From Lingula anatina (taxonomy: Eukaryota; Animalia; Brachiopoda), in assembly GCA_051362555.1 (NCBI GenBank), contig CM120646.1, positions 19,158,001 through 19,222,000 on the forward strand: a stretch of 64,000 nucleotides of DNA. The letters are read 5' to 3'. Position numbers and translations under genes: made by a program. Below, in pieces: positions 38,469 to 53,300 of the stretch (position 1 is the first letter of the stretch; every line of letters begins with the position of its first letter). Under the pieces are notes generated by a model. That model was not told the DNA's origin, made no database searches, and worked only from the letters and a program-made list of their open reading frames with translations.

Positions 38469-41332
38469 AGATCGTTATAGGCTAACAATTTAATCATTAA
38501 AAGGTTTAAATAGATAAATAAACAAATAAATAATAGTAATAAATGGCATTTGAGGTAAGCCTAAAGGGAATCCCCGTGGACGCTCTTGAAAGTTTTGTAG
38601 CAGTTATCAAAGATTTAATTTTTATTATATTATAATGCAGAGAAAAACGACGTCAATAACTAACGTAAACATTAAACTAAAAAAAATAGATAGATAGATA
38701 GATAGATAAAATGAATAAACAGCGTTGAAATGATAGCAATACAGTAAAAAACGGTAGTCGCTCTAAAAGCTTAGCCCCTATTTTACAGCGATGCATTAAA
38801 TTTGTTGAAATTCTCTACACTGATCGACAGCCTGGATGCTGCTGGATAGCCTACTCATCCAGTCTGAAGACTAGCCAGCCGCCTCATGATTAAGGTCTGT
38901 TAATCTTAGATTGAAGCTCCCGCGATATTTCCATTTTGTCGTACCTGGGTCTTCAACCTGTCGATTTTGTTCTTTGAATTTTATTGCAAAAATAGAAAAA
39001 CCACCTAAGCTTCGTGATATAAATCTAAAGTACATCATGATCAAAGAATTTGCGTGAAAATAAGATAAACAAGTTTTCAAATGTCCTACCAACATTTGTA
39101 AATAGAGACACGTGCCTGTAGCCTATAAATATTACGATCGTATGTGTCTGTCCGTGTCGTCGCTGTCCGTTTTACTTTAAATTTACTTCGAGTGGCTTTG
39201 TTTGGTGACAGTGCAGATTCCTTTTGAAAATCATCATGATCGGATTATATTTACGAAAAATATTCCCATTTGCATTTATCCGCCCTGCAAGTGCCAATAC
39301 ATATTTTTGCATTTTACTAAAAATTTCCCAGAGTGGTTTTGAATTGTTAAAACGTAGGCCTACGTGGTTGGTTCCTTTTGCACATCACCATGACGAACAT
39401 GTCTTGCAGTAGTTATTTTTTCTTCCTTTTTTGGCGAATTACGACGACGATTGTTCCATTAGTGCCAAACTTCGAAAATCAGCATAGCTGATTAATTTTC
39501 ACTAAAATCGACGTTTTGTTGTTTTATGATCACTTTGTCAAATATTTTTCTTAAACACAATATGATCGGCTACGTTAGGATTTGTGGCAAGTTAAAATTG
39601 TACTACTTGTATTGGTTTAGGTTATTAGGAATAACTTTTTCTAATTTTGAGACTTTTTGAACATTTTTGCCCAAATTTACCCTTTCTTCAAGTGAAAATT
39701 GCTTTGAGAAATACAATGACTTTCACCGCCCGACTAGCCTGTTTTTTTCCACGAATTTTTTTGTCTATAAATGTACCATTTCCGACGTTTTGTTAGTATT
39801 CATCGTCCAATTATCTATCAAGCTCAAAACTCAATTACAGCAATTAACAAGGATTTTTTTAATTATTCTGGCATTTTATCATAAATAAAGTACAAGAAAA
39901 TACATGTTGTACTCATTCTGCCATTGTTAAAGAGGCTACCCCTATATGTTTCGGTCTTTGCAAGATAACAAAACTCACAATATATATATCCTGTCAGAGG
40001 TGAACAAATAATAATCAAGCTTCGTCATACGGACGTCATATATCACCGGTTTAGTTCACGTGATTCAGTGAACGCGCTGTAATAAAATGATTATCTACGT
40101 AATACCTACGCAAATAACACCTAATAAGAATTACGAATTCTATCAAAACACATATTTACACTCGTGTTATCCAGTACACGGAAGCGTTAATAATTTTCAT
40201 ACAAAAAGAAATATATACGTGTGCCTTGTCACAGGATATTATTTTATATAAACATAAGCATGCTCAATATTTTTCTGCATAGTTCGGAATGTATTTTTCC
40301 ATGGAATGTGCGTGATTTTCACAGAGCATAAACGTCAATATCCCCTCATAACCAACAACTATGATTCACTCTCTCAGTGACTGTATTAGGCCCAATATTT
40401 ACGTATTAATATTATATACACACCACACCGACTATTCAACTAATGAAAGTATACACGAGCATATCATCAAGGGTTTTTAAGACTACGGCGATGACTAAGT
40501 GCAAATGGCATGTAACTTCGTTTTTTCCACCCCCGCCAAAAAGTCTACACCATTTGATTTGTACAAACAAGTTAGCCGTTTACAAAAAACGCGTCACCCT
40601 CAGCAATGACTCAAATCCTACACAGCGGTACACCCTGCAATACCATATCAAAAATCACAACGGCATATTGCTTAAAAGTTTCCAATGTGCAAAACTGACA
40701 CGCTATACAACGCACTATAAATCATGGAAATATTTTTTCTAACTCAATCAAACATCGAAGCCGTAATTCATGTTACCGTAGTGATCACAAACTGCACTTA
40801 AATAATGCACAGCACTGTCCTCTACTTTAATATTGACCACAGATCACTACTGGTTCTGGCATAAATATGTTTTTGGCGGGCAGAACATTCGCTATGTACA
40901 AAGGCTAAAATGTTTGTAAAATTCCCACCTTAGTATAGGTTTTTTAGTTCATACAAACTCTTAAACTACATATCAAGGCGCGTTTCTGTTTTGCTTGATA
41001 ACACAGCCAAGTAAATTGTAGGCAAACCTCATTTAGATCCTTACTGGGACATCTCTGAATTGTGTCATATTACACATAGATTAAAATCCTAATAACTGGT
41101 ACAATTACCAACCGTGAATACCTGAAAAATCGCAAAATATGCCGTTATTTTAAATATACCAGTACCCATGTGATGGCAATCTCGAGGCCAATTCTTTGAC
41201 ATTTAGCTAGATTCTTTTGACAAACGAATACTTTCGAATCATCTTCATGTGTCAAAAATCACTCATTCAGGGCAAATGCAGTAAGTAACCAAAGCCATTT
41301 CAAAGTACGACAAAGTACTTTTCCGTACTACT

Positions 41333-44300
41333 TTACAATTCCTTAAAACCATCTTGCAGTCGAATATCCTTCAACAAAACCTGACAGCTAGTCATTCTGT
41401 AGAGCTCTGCCAGTGTTTCTGGATCGATGTCACGGACTGAGAGTATCTTGACTTTCGCAGAATCACGACGCAAGCTTGCGTCGCCACCTATTGTCGTTGG
41501 GCGTGCTGGCAATTTTGAGTTTACTGGTCCATATGAACTAAGTAAATCTTTTGTAGAATCTGGGACGGTATCAGAATCCATGGATTTCATTTTCAGGAGA
41601 TTTTTCCTTTTACGATCGGGTGGTTGGCTTGTATCCACTGTTTCACCTCGTTTTTTCTCCGGTTTTTGCACTAGGTTTTGATGCTGAAAATTATTTGTCA
41701 CATCATGTTTCTTCTGTTTATGCATTTCTGCCTGACCTACTGATTGCCTGGCACCATCTGGCACTAAACATTTCGTAATAAGTTCAATTTCTTGTGTGAC
41801 TCTCTGGACTGGATCTGGTCCTTCGACAACGCGCTGCCATCCTTCCTGCTGTTGTTTATCGTTCGCCGCATCCCTAGCGGATATCACTCTTTTCTCTACC
41901 CCATAGTTTTCAAGAGGAGAGGTGGGATGTTTCACTTTACTGTCATTGCTATATCTGGCATACTTTGATGATGTCCTGTCTCTGAGAACATTTGACATAT
42001 CGTTGCAAGTGTCATAATCCGCTGATCGTTTGATCAGTCCCGTGTGACGCTGAGGGTTGCCAATTCTTGAAGAAGGCATCGACCTTCGATTTTTTTCGTT
42101 TGGTTTGTGTTGAAATTCCTGTTCTGGATCGTCTCCAAAAACGTACGTCGGCGGAACAGCAGCACGTCGGCGAAGCTGCCATGTCTTCCCTTCCTGCAAC
42201 AGTTCGGTTGTTGAAGAAACAGTTTCTCTTTGAATGCTAGTGCTTTTCGTCGTGGTACTTAACCTGTGATGTTGTTGTTGTTCACTGTCGGCTGTTTTTC
42301 TCTTGGGCCCTATGCTGGAAGTTAATTCATTGTCTACTGACTCAGGAAAGTTGTATTCTGTGACAAATTCTTTTGGGCCATCTTTCTCACTTAACCCCCC
42401 TGAACATAACAGCATAGCTTCTTTAAGCTCACGCTCTACATCTGGATCCTCTCCAAACTCATTGTTGACCATATCAACACCGTAGTGATCCTGCTTCACA
42501 ACTAACTTCTGACTTTCAGAATACTGACACGTCAGCTGTGGTGTTGTGCAACTTAGCTTTGAATCAGCTTTACTCTTGGAATCATAGTTTGCCTTCTCCT
42601 CAGTAGCATTCATACTCAAACTTGTTGGTGGACAAGAATCATCATTAAATGAAGCAATATCACAAATGAGTTTAGGAATGCTTTCCGTGTACTGAGCAGA
42701 GTTTGGAGATTTAACGTTTAGCTTCACTTCATTCTTTATGTCATTTTCAGAGCCAAGGATCTCTCTGTTACTTCTCACATGCTGTTGGCTTGTTTTGGAA
42801 TTGGCAACATTATCATCTTCTAAGAAAACGTTTCTTTCTATGAAATCCACTTTGGCTTTCAGACTAAGACATGGTTGAAATTCCCGTTTCTGTTCAGTGA
42901 TGTTATCACCTTGACAAGTGCTTGTTAAATCTGAACAAGTCTGTAGAACATCACTATGAGAACTTGATTCCACACTTTGTACAGCTGTATCTTGGGATAA
43001 CTGCTTAACTGCATGTGTTTCACAATTCTGGATTCCTGTATCTAAGCATTCTTGAAACTTCAAATAATTGTTAACAAAGTCTGATGGTTCTACACCACCT
43101 GAAGAGGCTGCAGATGATCCCAAAGCAATAAAATGCTCAGATTCTTCCCCCATATTCAATTCTGTAGACTCTTCAAATTTATGTGTTTCATCATAACTAG
43201 TAGGTGTCAAGTTACTATGAACAGAGCCTATATCACTAACATCTACTGTGGTTGATAGCTTTGCTGATGTTTCTGTGTCCAAAGGTCTATCTGCATCTTC
43301 AGTGAGCTTTGTTTTTGATTCTGGTTCATTAATTTCAGTACAATAGATAGCACTAGCATTTTCATAGCCACTTTGAATTCCAACAGAGCTCCTTGGTTGT
43401 CCAATGGTTGTTGACATATCCTGTGTTTCTGATTCGAAAGCATGATAGACTGATTCTTGACCTAGATCCTTGCATTCAAAATCTTTTGTAGCATTGCTGT
43501 GGTTTGCAGTTTCTGAATTTTCTTCTGGATATCTTTTTCCTCCTTGTAAAGATGCATTTTCCAATGGTTTGGACTTTTTGGCAACTGTACACTGTGATTC
43601 TGAAAATATAAGCTGTTGGTCACATTTTTCGTCTTCATATACCATTTCTGAGGGATTAGTACAGCCATTTGACATCATGTACTTTGTATCATGGTATTCT
43701 TGCAATTCATGAGACTCTTCAGATAAAATACTTTTCTGTTCATTTGTAACCTTTTGTTCTACATTTCTGCTGACACCCAAATGTCCATGAATTTCAGTAG
43801 AACATGCTGTCGGCTCAAGTGAGTAGTTGTGCTCCAAATCTTTTTCAATTTGCAGTTTACTGTCAATAACTGTATTCTTGACATGTTCTGTGACATTTGC
43901 AACTGGCATGCCATCAAAGGCCCCTTCCTCTGACCCCTTTACAATACAACTGTCTGGTGTTGTTTCTGCTTCCTGTACTTGTGTGGCATTTGCCACTGCC
44001 AGAGAAGAAACTGCTATGGATGGTACTTCTTTCAAACCAGCATCATTAACATCCATAATTGATGGCTCATTTACAGGGCTTTTTGGGTTTTTGTCAAGCA
44101 TTGCCTCTTTTACCTCATGGGCTGTGATATTAGCTGCTGTTGATGTTTGGCCGGCAGTGGGTGGGGAATTCATTGCAGAACCAATGGCTGAAATTGACGC
44201 CTTATCACAAATTTCCACATCATCATTATTTGCTGTTTTGGGGATATAAATGTCAGGATCTACTTCATTTTCATCACAATACACATCTGCTGTAGAGCCT

Positions 44301-47300
44301 TTGCTGTCTAATGTAAGGTTATCATTGTTGGTGCTATTATCACATTCAGTTTCACTTTCCAAAAAGGTCTTGACATCACTTGCAGATCTTGGACCACCTG
44401 TTTCTGTCTTGACAGTTTTATCCGCCATTTTTTCATCTACTTTTTCTTCTTCATGTATCTGTGTTTCCTTGTCACTGGGTAATTTCGAATATGCCTGTAG
44501 TGCTGGCCTGTTCAAACTAGAAAACTTTGATATGGCATCAGTTAATCCACAAGAGTCGGATGCACATTCTCCAATCTCTTGAACACATTTTCTGTCAGTA
44601 TATACAACATGACTTTCTCCTGCATGGACTCTATCTTCAGTGTCCATGGCAACATCTTCATTTGACTCTACTTCTGTGGGTACCTGCTCAACTTCAGTTA
44701 GGGCTGCCTCAGCTTCGGTATTCTTTGTGAACTTCTCTTTGTTGGGGTTTTGACTTACTGGTCTATTGGCAGGGGTCTCTGAAATGTTTGCATTTTCATA
44801 ATTTTCACAGCTGATATGGCTTTCAGTTAAGATAATATCACTGTCAGGCATATTTTCACCTTTGTCATGAATTTTTTCAGTTTTAACACTTTCTGAATAT
44901 CCTTTTAAGCCAGTCAAGTTTGTAATGCCTTTTGCGGTTTCTAATGCATAATCACTTTCAGTACAATACTCTTTACCATTTGGTTTTGCAGGCATTTTCT
45001 CTGAAACATCTTTGATGATAAGGAAGTCACTGTCATTTGTAACTGGACTACCTTGCCTCTGAATGTCAGACAGGTTTACGCTTTTTTCAGAGCCATCTAC
45101 CACAGTGACTTTCTCTCTTTTCAACTGACCATCACAGGGAGTTGGCACATCAGTCGAATTTGATTCAGTCTCTGTTTTTCTAAATTCTCTCGTTATAATC
45201 TGGCCAATTAATTCTGCAGCTCTGAGTCTCCTTGAACTTTTGGTGTCCATCGCTTTGCATTTTTCAACTTCCCCTGAGCTTGGACCTTGCAAATGTGAGT
45301 CTTGGCTGGAACTTTCAATGTTAAACATAAAAGGCGAATCATTTTCTGTAGGAAAGCTATTCAGTTGATTGTCATTGATGTTTTTCATTAAACAACTTCT
45401 GTTTACTGTATTTGACTTTTGCTCTGTTTTTTTGATGTGTGTGCTAATATCACTGTCATTTACGTCTTGGTGCTGTTCATTGAACTTTTGAGAAGCTACA
45501 TTCTCCTGTAGTGTGGGTGGGTTATTTTGAGGAACTTCAGATACAGCTAAACTGGGAACTTGTTGATGCTCATCATGGACTTCAGGTGTCAACAAATTTG
45601 ATTCCACAGAATTATCTGCAAGAAGTGAAGAGGTATTACATGAATCTGAAGAGATATAGTTTTCTAAATTATCACTTTCCTGAGCTTTTTGTTGTTGTTT
45701 ATCATCACTTGCAGGAAAGATATCCCAAGACATCTCAAAATATGACTCTTCCTGTAGTTTACTATCACTTTCAATTCTCTTCTTACTGCCAGTATGGTAT
45801 TCATTCTGAACATTTTGTTGAGAACTTGGAGGTTCTATAGGATCTATCTCTAATGACAGTGTACTCTCAATGAAATCTTTGTTAGGCATATCACATTGTT
45901 TCTCTATTGAATGGCCTTTTGGCATGCTCTTACTGAGGTTTTTGGTTTCTGAAAGGATTTCAGTATCTCTGGAGCCTTCTTGACACACTGGTTTATTTAG
46001 ACTTGCATGCTCATGATAAGCATTTGCACGAGATTCACTGGTTTTAATTTCAACATAGTCTGGTGTTTTAGGATTAACATCTTTTGTAAGAAAACCTGTA
46101 GTTTTTTGTGATACACATTGAGCTGCTTTTTCAGACAGTGTGTCCACAAACACTGAGTCTCTTGCCTCTAAATCTACATTTACACTACAACTTCCTAATC
46201 CTTGCGTTTTATCAAGCCCAGCAATACATTCATTTTTTCTTACTTCAAACTCTCTACTGTCTCTATAATCTCCTAGTTCTTGATCACCAGGCCTGCTCAG
46301 TACAGAACCTAAATTCTCGGCCCGCCCAGAGCCCACCACATGTTGGTTAACATCCACAGCACTTCCAATCCCCTCTATATCAGAACAGGATGCACTGGTC
46401 TTCTGGTTGAACTCTGGGCTGCTCGCTAAAAAATGATCAGATTTATTCTTGTCTTTGCTTTGTGATCTTGTGTCTTTTTTAACTGGGGATTCAACACTAG
46501 AATCATTGTTCTTTCTCTCTGGACTATTATCCTTATCCTCCAGAGTGTCTATCATTTTGGACAACTTGTCTAGGTTTGAATGTTTCCGATTCTTATCTGT
46601 AAAAAAAAAAGAAAAAAAAATAGGAAGTTAGGACAATCTAATAAAAATCCATTATTTTCTCTGCTCTTTTCTGCTTTAAATAAATTTGTACACTTAGTTA
46701 ATTAGTACAAGAATTACCCACATATTTCCTGCTTATTTGACATCCAACATATCAAAGGATGGTATCATCTTAAAAATCATCATAAGTTCAACGGGACACC
46801 ACAATCTATTTTGAAAACCCACCCGTATTAACCTCATTGCCATTAGAGTTATCAGCCTCTTGAATCTGGACTTTGTCCTCAGGGGAAGGGTCTACTTTGA
46901 GGGAGGTGCTTTCTAGGCAGCTGCTGTTGTGAACAAGGTCACTGGCTTCTGTAGCCTCTTGCCTGCAGAAAGTACTTTCTCCAACAGACTGAATAACTTT
47001 TTCATTTTTCAACTGACCATCACAGGAAGTCAGCACAGAAGTAGAACTTGATTCAGGCTCAGCTTTTCTCAATTCTCTCGTTATGATCTGGCCAATTAAT
47101 TCTGTGGCTCTCAGTTTCCTTGAAATTTTGGTGTCAGCATCCCTAGCAAAGTTGACCCGAGAAGCAGTTGACACAGAGTCAGTGTTTGTTTCATGTTTGA
47201 CAGAGGGCAAACCAGAGTTCTCAACCTGGCCATTGTCTACTGACTTGGTCACCTCCATCTCTACCATTTTTCGAATTACATCACCAGTCTTCACATGTTT

Positions 47301-50300
47301 TGGTGAACTTTCTGAAGATTGTGAGACATCATCAGTTTCATTATTGTTCACATGATTATCAACAGACTGAGAATCGGACTTTTCATCTTCTGAGAGAATA
47401 ACCAACACATCATTCTTGAACTTTTCCTGGATATCAGATGCATTTAGGGAGGCCATGTCTGAATCGGGACTCGAGGGACCCCCATGATGTGGATGTTGGG
47501 GAACCCCTTCCCCTGATTCAGGAGATGGGGTAGAAACTGAGGAAGATCCAGGAAGAGATGACTTCAGTTGAAGAGGAATAAGGCCTTGTTTATGATGCTC
47601 TATGTGTTCTTTATAGTCCTTAAAGAATCTGTAGCTTTTCCCACACAGATGGCAGTAGTGGAGCCTGCTTCCATCTTCTCCTGCATGTGCCGTACGTACA
47701 TGCCGACTGAGAGTTCCTGCATTTGCATAAGCTATATTACATATTTTACATACATGGGGACGATTGTTGGTATGTTTGTTGATATGATCCTGCAAGTGGT
47801 GCATGTAATCTGTAGAGTAGTCACAGTATGTACATTTGTGCTTGCGCTCACCAAAGTGTGAACGAATGTGCCGTTTAAAATGCTGCCACTCTTGAGGAGG
47901 GAAATCTTCCCCACAATCCTGACAATTCAATACAACATTATCACCAGGGGGGGCACTTTTGTCACTATCAGACCCACTGCCCGGAGAAGTAGAACTATGC
48001 AATCTCTGTAATTCTGGCAGTCGTGGTGGAATTTGTGCTGCTTGCACAGGCTGCGGAATCTGTTCCCCAGGTGGCAGTGGTGGTGGTGTCATGGGAACAG
48101 GCATCTGATTTTGTGGGGGCCCAGCCTGGGATAGAGACAATAAACCCTCTCCTGCAGCCTGGCGATGTATATATTCTTTAGTCTGTGAGATACTCTGTAT
48201 GAACACATGGTCTGGGGATGGCTCAAATCCATGCTGATTGCGAAAATGGCGCCTAAAGCCATACACACTTCCATAGGTGCTTCCACACATGCGGCACAGC
48301 ATGTACAAAATGTCCTTTGGTGAATGGTTACCAATTAACATCTGTGCTGGGACACACATCCGTGGATTATTGCCATTATTTCCTGAAGCAGCTGATTGAG
48401 GTGAGGGGTTCTCCCTTCCTTGGGCAGGGGGTGTAGGATTTTGCCTTGCTGTTGCACCTGATGGTTGATAAAGGAGAGCTGGGGGTGGCTGGTGTGGTAA
48501 CCTGGGATTCACACCTGGAGTCCCCATAGGAGATGGTGCCCTGATTCCTATGGGTGCATGCCCAGGAGATGGTGTATTGTGTGAGCTTGGTCTTGACATT
48601 ATCCCTGGACTCACCATACGAGGTCCTTGGGACATTCCAGGCACCATGGGCCAACTGGCCCCTGGGCTAGGGGAGTGTCCAGGTGGGGTTCTCATTGAAG
48701 GCAACCCCCTTAGTGAAGAGGGGGTGTGGCAGGGGGATGGGGACCTAGGCTCAGATTTGGGAATAATCACTGGTGAGGTAGGGTCACCCTCTGTTCTTGC
48801 TTTCTTACTGGATAAATCCAGAGGCACTTCAGATCCTTTGGAAGGGCTGTCATTTTCATCTGGTGCCTTGCGCTTCTTGACAGAAAGATCCAATGGACCC
48901 TCACCAAGGGAAGACTTAAGATTAAGTGGTTCATTTTGTGAGGTTTCCATTGGGACAGTCCTCAATTTCATTGTTTGATAATTCTGTCCAGTTGCTTGCA
49001 TTCTGGTCAAAAGTGGATTTTGTATTCTTGGGGACATTCTAAAAGATCCAAAGGAATGCGGAGAGAGAGAATCTGGACTCTTTCGCACTGGCTCTGGAGA
49101 TGGAAATCTATCACTTATAGAGCCACTTCCCAGGCTTGCTTTTGCTGTTTGCGAGTTGCCTAGTGGAATCAGTGGTGGAGGAGGTGGCATCCTCATTGGA
49201 TATGACCCACCACCACCAGGTGGTAGTCTGATTGGCTGTCCACCAAGGGGCATCCTCATAGCTTGCCCCCCACCTGGGGGTGTCTTCATGGGTTGGCCCG
49301 CACCAGTTGGCATCCTCATGGTTTGACCCCCACTAGGCATCCTCCCTGACTGTGAAGATGGATGTATACCTATATCAAAACAATAACCATAATTCATTAA
49401 AATATTCAAAATGTCATTAGATATAACCAATAGGTTAAGTAAACTATTCAAACTTTGAAGAAGGTGCAATTTGTAAACTTATTTTGCTGATTGAGTGATT
49501 CATTTGATTTATCATTTAGCAAGTGGGCTTTGTTTACCTTGTGTGAGATACTGGTAGTAGTGCTATTAATGTATTAAGAAAATTCTATGCTTTGCTATGT
49601 GCTTCAAAGGTTACTTTAACATATCACATTATACTTTCTTAACATCAAACAAGAAAAGTAAATAAAAAACTACCAACTGAATGAAAATTTTGAATGAAAT
49701 TTTAATGAATTGCACTTTCCTATTTAAAAAATTTGATTCATCTGATAATAATTATTTTCATTTTACAAAATTCTGCCTTACCAGCAGACATCCTGGAAGC
49801 TGGTGGAGGCATGGCCACTCTTGGCTGCATGATCCTTTGTCTCTGCCCAACTGGCATCATCATGCCCATGGGCATTTGTGGGTACCCTGCATGTGGGTGG
49901 TAGGGGACCCTGGGACCACCCATGATCATCCCTGGGGGCTGGACAGGGGGAGGCAGCTGTTGTGACTGAGGCTGCTCACTTTGGTGTAGTTGCTGGTGAC
50001 TTTGCTTTGGACTCACATTACCACGGTAGTCTTGTACCCTCATTTCCACTGGTGGGCGATATATTGGTGCCCGGACCCGCTGCTCTGGGTGCATTGCAGG
50101 TGGGGGCATTGGTGCTGGCTGATGAGCCATGTAGTCTGGAGGTTTGTAGTTTAAGTGGTTGGTGTTAGTGTCTCTTTTTGACTGGTTTTCTGCCTCAAGA
50201 GGCTGAGAAGCACTAGGGGAAGTCCCAGCCCTGCTTTGCCTGTTTGCAATATCAGCCAAAGCAAGCAAAGGATTGCTGTTAGGCATTGGAGTATCGTGAT

Positions 50301-53300
50301 ATTCTGTGGTGCTGCTGTTTGATTTTTCAGTTGCAATAGCACGAGCTATAATGTTTCCTTGTGCATTGGGAGAACTAATCAAAGTTCTGTTATTTTCTAA
50401 GTTTATTTCTTTCTGTGGTTGTTTGTTCACAGATTCACTTGAACTGGCATTGTCTGGTTTTGTCAAGAAGTCCATTTTACTAATTACTGAACCATTACCA
50501 GCTACTGAAGTTTGATTATGTTCATAATCATCTTGCTCTTCTCTGTAAGATGAATGTATTGCATTTTCTACTAATTCATCAATTTTGGACTGAATTGTTG
50601 AGACAGTTTCTTTCAAGGGCACAGCTGGAAGAGCAGGTCCAACATCTACTGCATCCTGACCCTTTGGAGAATAATTGGCAGATCCTCCATCTGCAACACC
50701 CAGTGTTCTTGGGGAAGAATTGGTGATGCTATCACTGTGACACATCTGATCAGAAGAGACATTCACGTTTTGTGAGGCATCAGGTGTGTCTTTCAGTGGG
50801 AGTGACACACTACCTGCTTGTGAATTTTCATCATCCTCACAAATATCATCAGAATTGGACTCAGAATTATCATCATCTTTCAGCAAATAGTAAGCTGATG
50901 CACCACCTTGTTCTAAATACTCTTCTTTCGCCTGCTGCAGCTGCTGTCTAATATTCTGTGAATCCAGAAAGCAGTCAATCAAATGGCGAATTTTGAATTT
51001 TTTCTCAGCATAATTGCTGATATCATCAGACTTTGGATCTTTATTAGCTTGTGGGAGTGTTTTCCCATTATTTTCTGACTGATAGGCTGAGCTAGCAGCA
51101 ACAGCTTCCTTGGAAGTTATTTGCTCTGTTAATAATTTGTTCTTGCTGTCCGGTAACACTTTCAATTCTTTAACTGATGCTGCTGTCTCCAGCTGAGCAC
51201 TACTGGCCATTTTTGAGTTGGAGTCAGATTCAGAAATTGATGTGAACCCTGGATCATCAGTGTCAGAATACTCCTGTACAATCACTTTAGGATCTGTTGA
51301 TGGAGATGCCGTTCCAATTCCTGGGCTTTTGGATTGCACTGATCCTATACTCTGCTGGCGTCCCAGAAATGCTTTTTTGGGAGCACAGGAATAACCGCTG
51401 TTAATTCTGGGCACTGACTGTTGCTCAAATGAAGCCTGTGGTGAAGCTGATTTTCCTTTAACCTATAAGAAGAAAAGACAAAAATTATGGATCATGCAAT
51501 ATTCATTAGAAATAGGCTGATTTTCTTAGAAGTGTAACATCTGTACCCACAGACTGAAGAGATGTGGGTCTTCTGCATTTTTCAAGTAGTCAAAATAAAA
51601 ATATTACCCCACTGGGAAAAAATGCTATGGCATATCTGGAACTGTGCATATACAAACATATTTGGTAAATGCTACACAATGTGTAAAATAACAAAAGGAC
51701 AAGTATGACATAGTGAGATATTCCAAAATGTGCTTTTGTCAAGTGCTACTGCTGTTCTGCCACAAGTTATATATGATGGAGGAAAAGTCTTTTTCAGTCA
51801 ATAGGACAGACTAAGGATACAGAAATGAACTTGACTGTCAACTGTGCACAAACTGAGTAACTCATCTTGATCATCTTTTCTTCCCTACAGGATATTCCCA
51901 GGAGAAGAATTGGTACATCAAACTAAATATAGTCTTAGACTAGTCTTTGGAAAAACACATCACTGTGAATGGTATATCAGAGGTAAAAACTGAATTCCAG
52001 ACAGATTTTTTTGTCAAATTTGAGCTGGTAAAAAAATCTGCATTTAAAATTTTACTTGGACAAGCTCTTAATCATCAAACAGCTATGTCTGTAAGTTTAG
52101 CAATATTCAAAAAATAACAAACTCCTTTTATAGTACAGACTATGGATGCCACATTCTTATTTTAGTTCTTCCACAACTTCCCAATTCCATTTCCACTATA
52201 CAGCTTAATGAAAACACTGAACTGATTTAGTTCCATAATTCACGTTATCTGGCAGACTCATTACATTTAAATGCACACACACATAAAATTTGAATGTCTG
52301 TGCTTGCATGTCGGTGTCAAACAGTTATATAAATGGTGGCATGATGTAATGACATGCAAATATCCTATTGTCAAGATTACAATGCCACACAGCGTATACC
52401 TAGATTACACAGAGCAGACGGAGCATGAATAAAGACCATGTTCCTCTGCATGCTTAATGACAAAATGGTTGTTTAGGACGTCATCTCTCAGACAAACCGT
52501 GTTCTCTCTAATGGCCTTTGGCAAAATGCATATCATGCCATAATTTACCCTAACCATGTGAATGAACAAACTGAACCGATGCAGACAGTGTGACTGTAGC
52601 ATTTTATCTGCCTTTCAAATATGTGATTCGTTTGGACAAGCTTTGTTTTCAAATAATTTTTGTTTGGAACACATTTGGAATTCCGAAAATTTTCATATTC
52701 ATATCAGTCTCCCTCTCTCTACAAGAACTCAACATTTATTGTACTTTCAGATTTCCATGTTTAGGTGCAAGAAGTTTCTACCACTACCCTAATCTATTTA
52801 CATGGTATCCAAGTTATGGTTAATGTACCTCATGTATCCCCTACACTAATTTTCTAAATTCTTTTTAGCAGGTCTCTTGGTTCTTTATATGAGTATTTTT
52901 AATCAATGCACTTTTGTAAAAGAAAAGACAAAAGAGCAGTCAAAAGTACAGACAATAAGCAAAAAAAAAAAAAAAAAAAAAAAATGACCGCACATAACAT
53001 AATATTACATAATTTCTAAAGCATTTTCACCACCAATTTGCAATAATTTACTTCTGTAAAAGTGGACAATAAGAAAATATAAGAAGTACAGGGCTTTAGG
53101 TTTGTGGGAGTTTAAAGCATAACATGAAATTCGGTCAGAGTAAGATTGCCAATACATGACTTTCTATTCAAGTTCAATAGTAACTATAAGAGTATTCCTG
53201 CTAGTTTTGGAGATATAAGGGTCAGAAAATTAGCAAATAACAGTTCATGGTGAAAAGTACATCAAAGATCAATTCAAGGTCACAGTAAGATTTTCAATAT

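Noticed and set aside
52405-52602. Cys/His-containing ORF as a possible extra zinc-finger exon
   Set aside because: It ends in TAA before the nearby GT, and no frame gives the phase-0 junction required by the 51462 acceptor.
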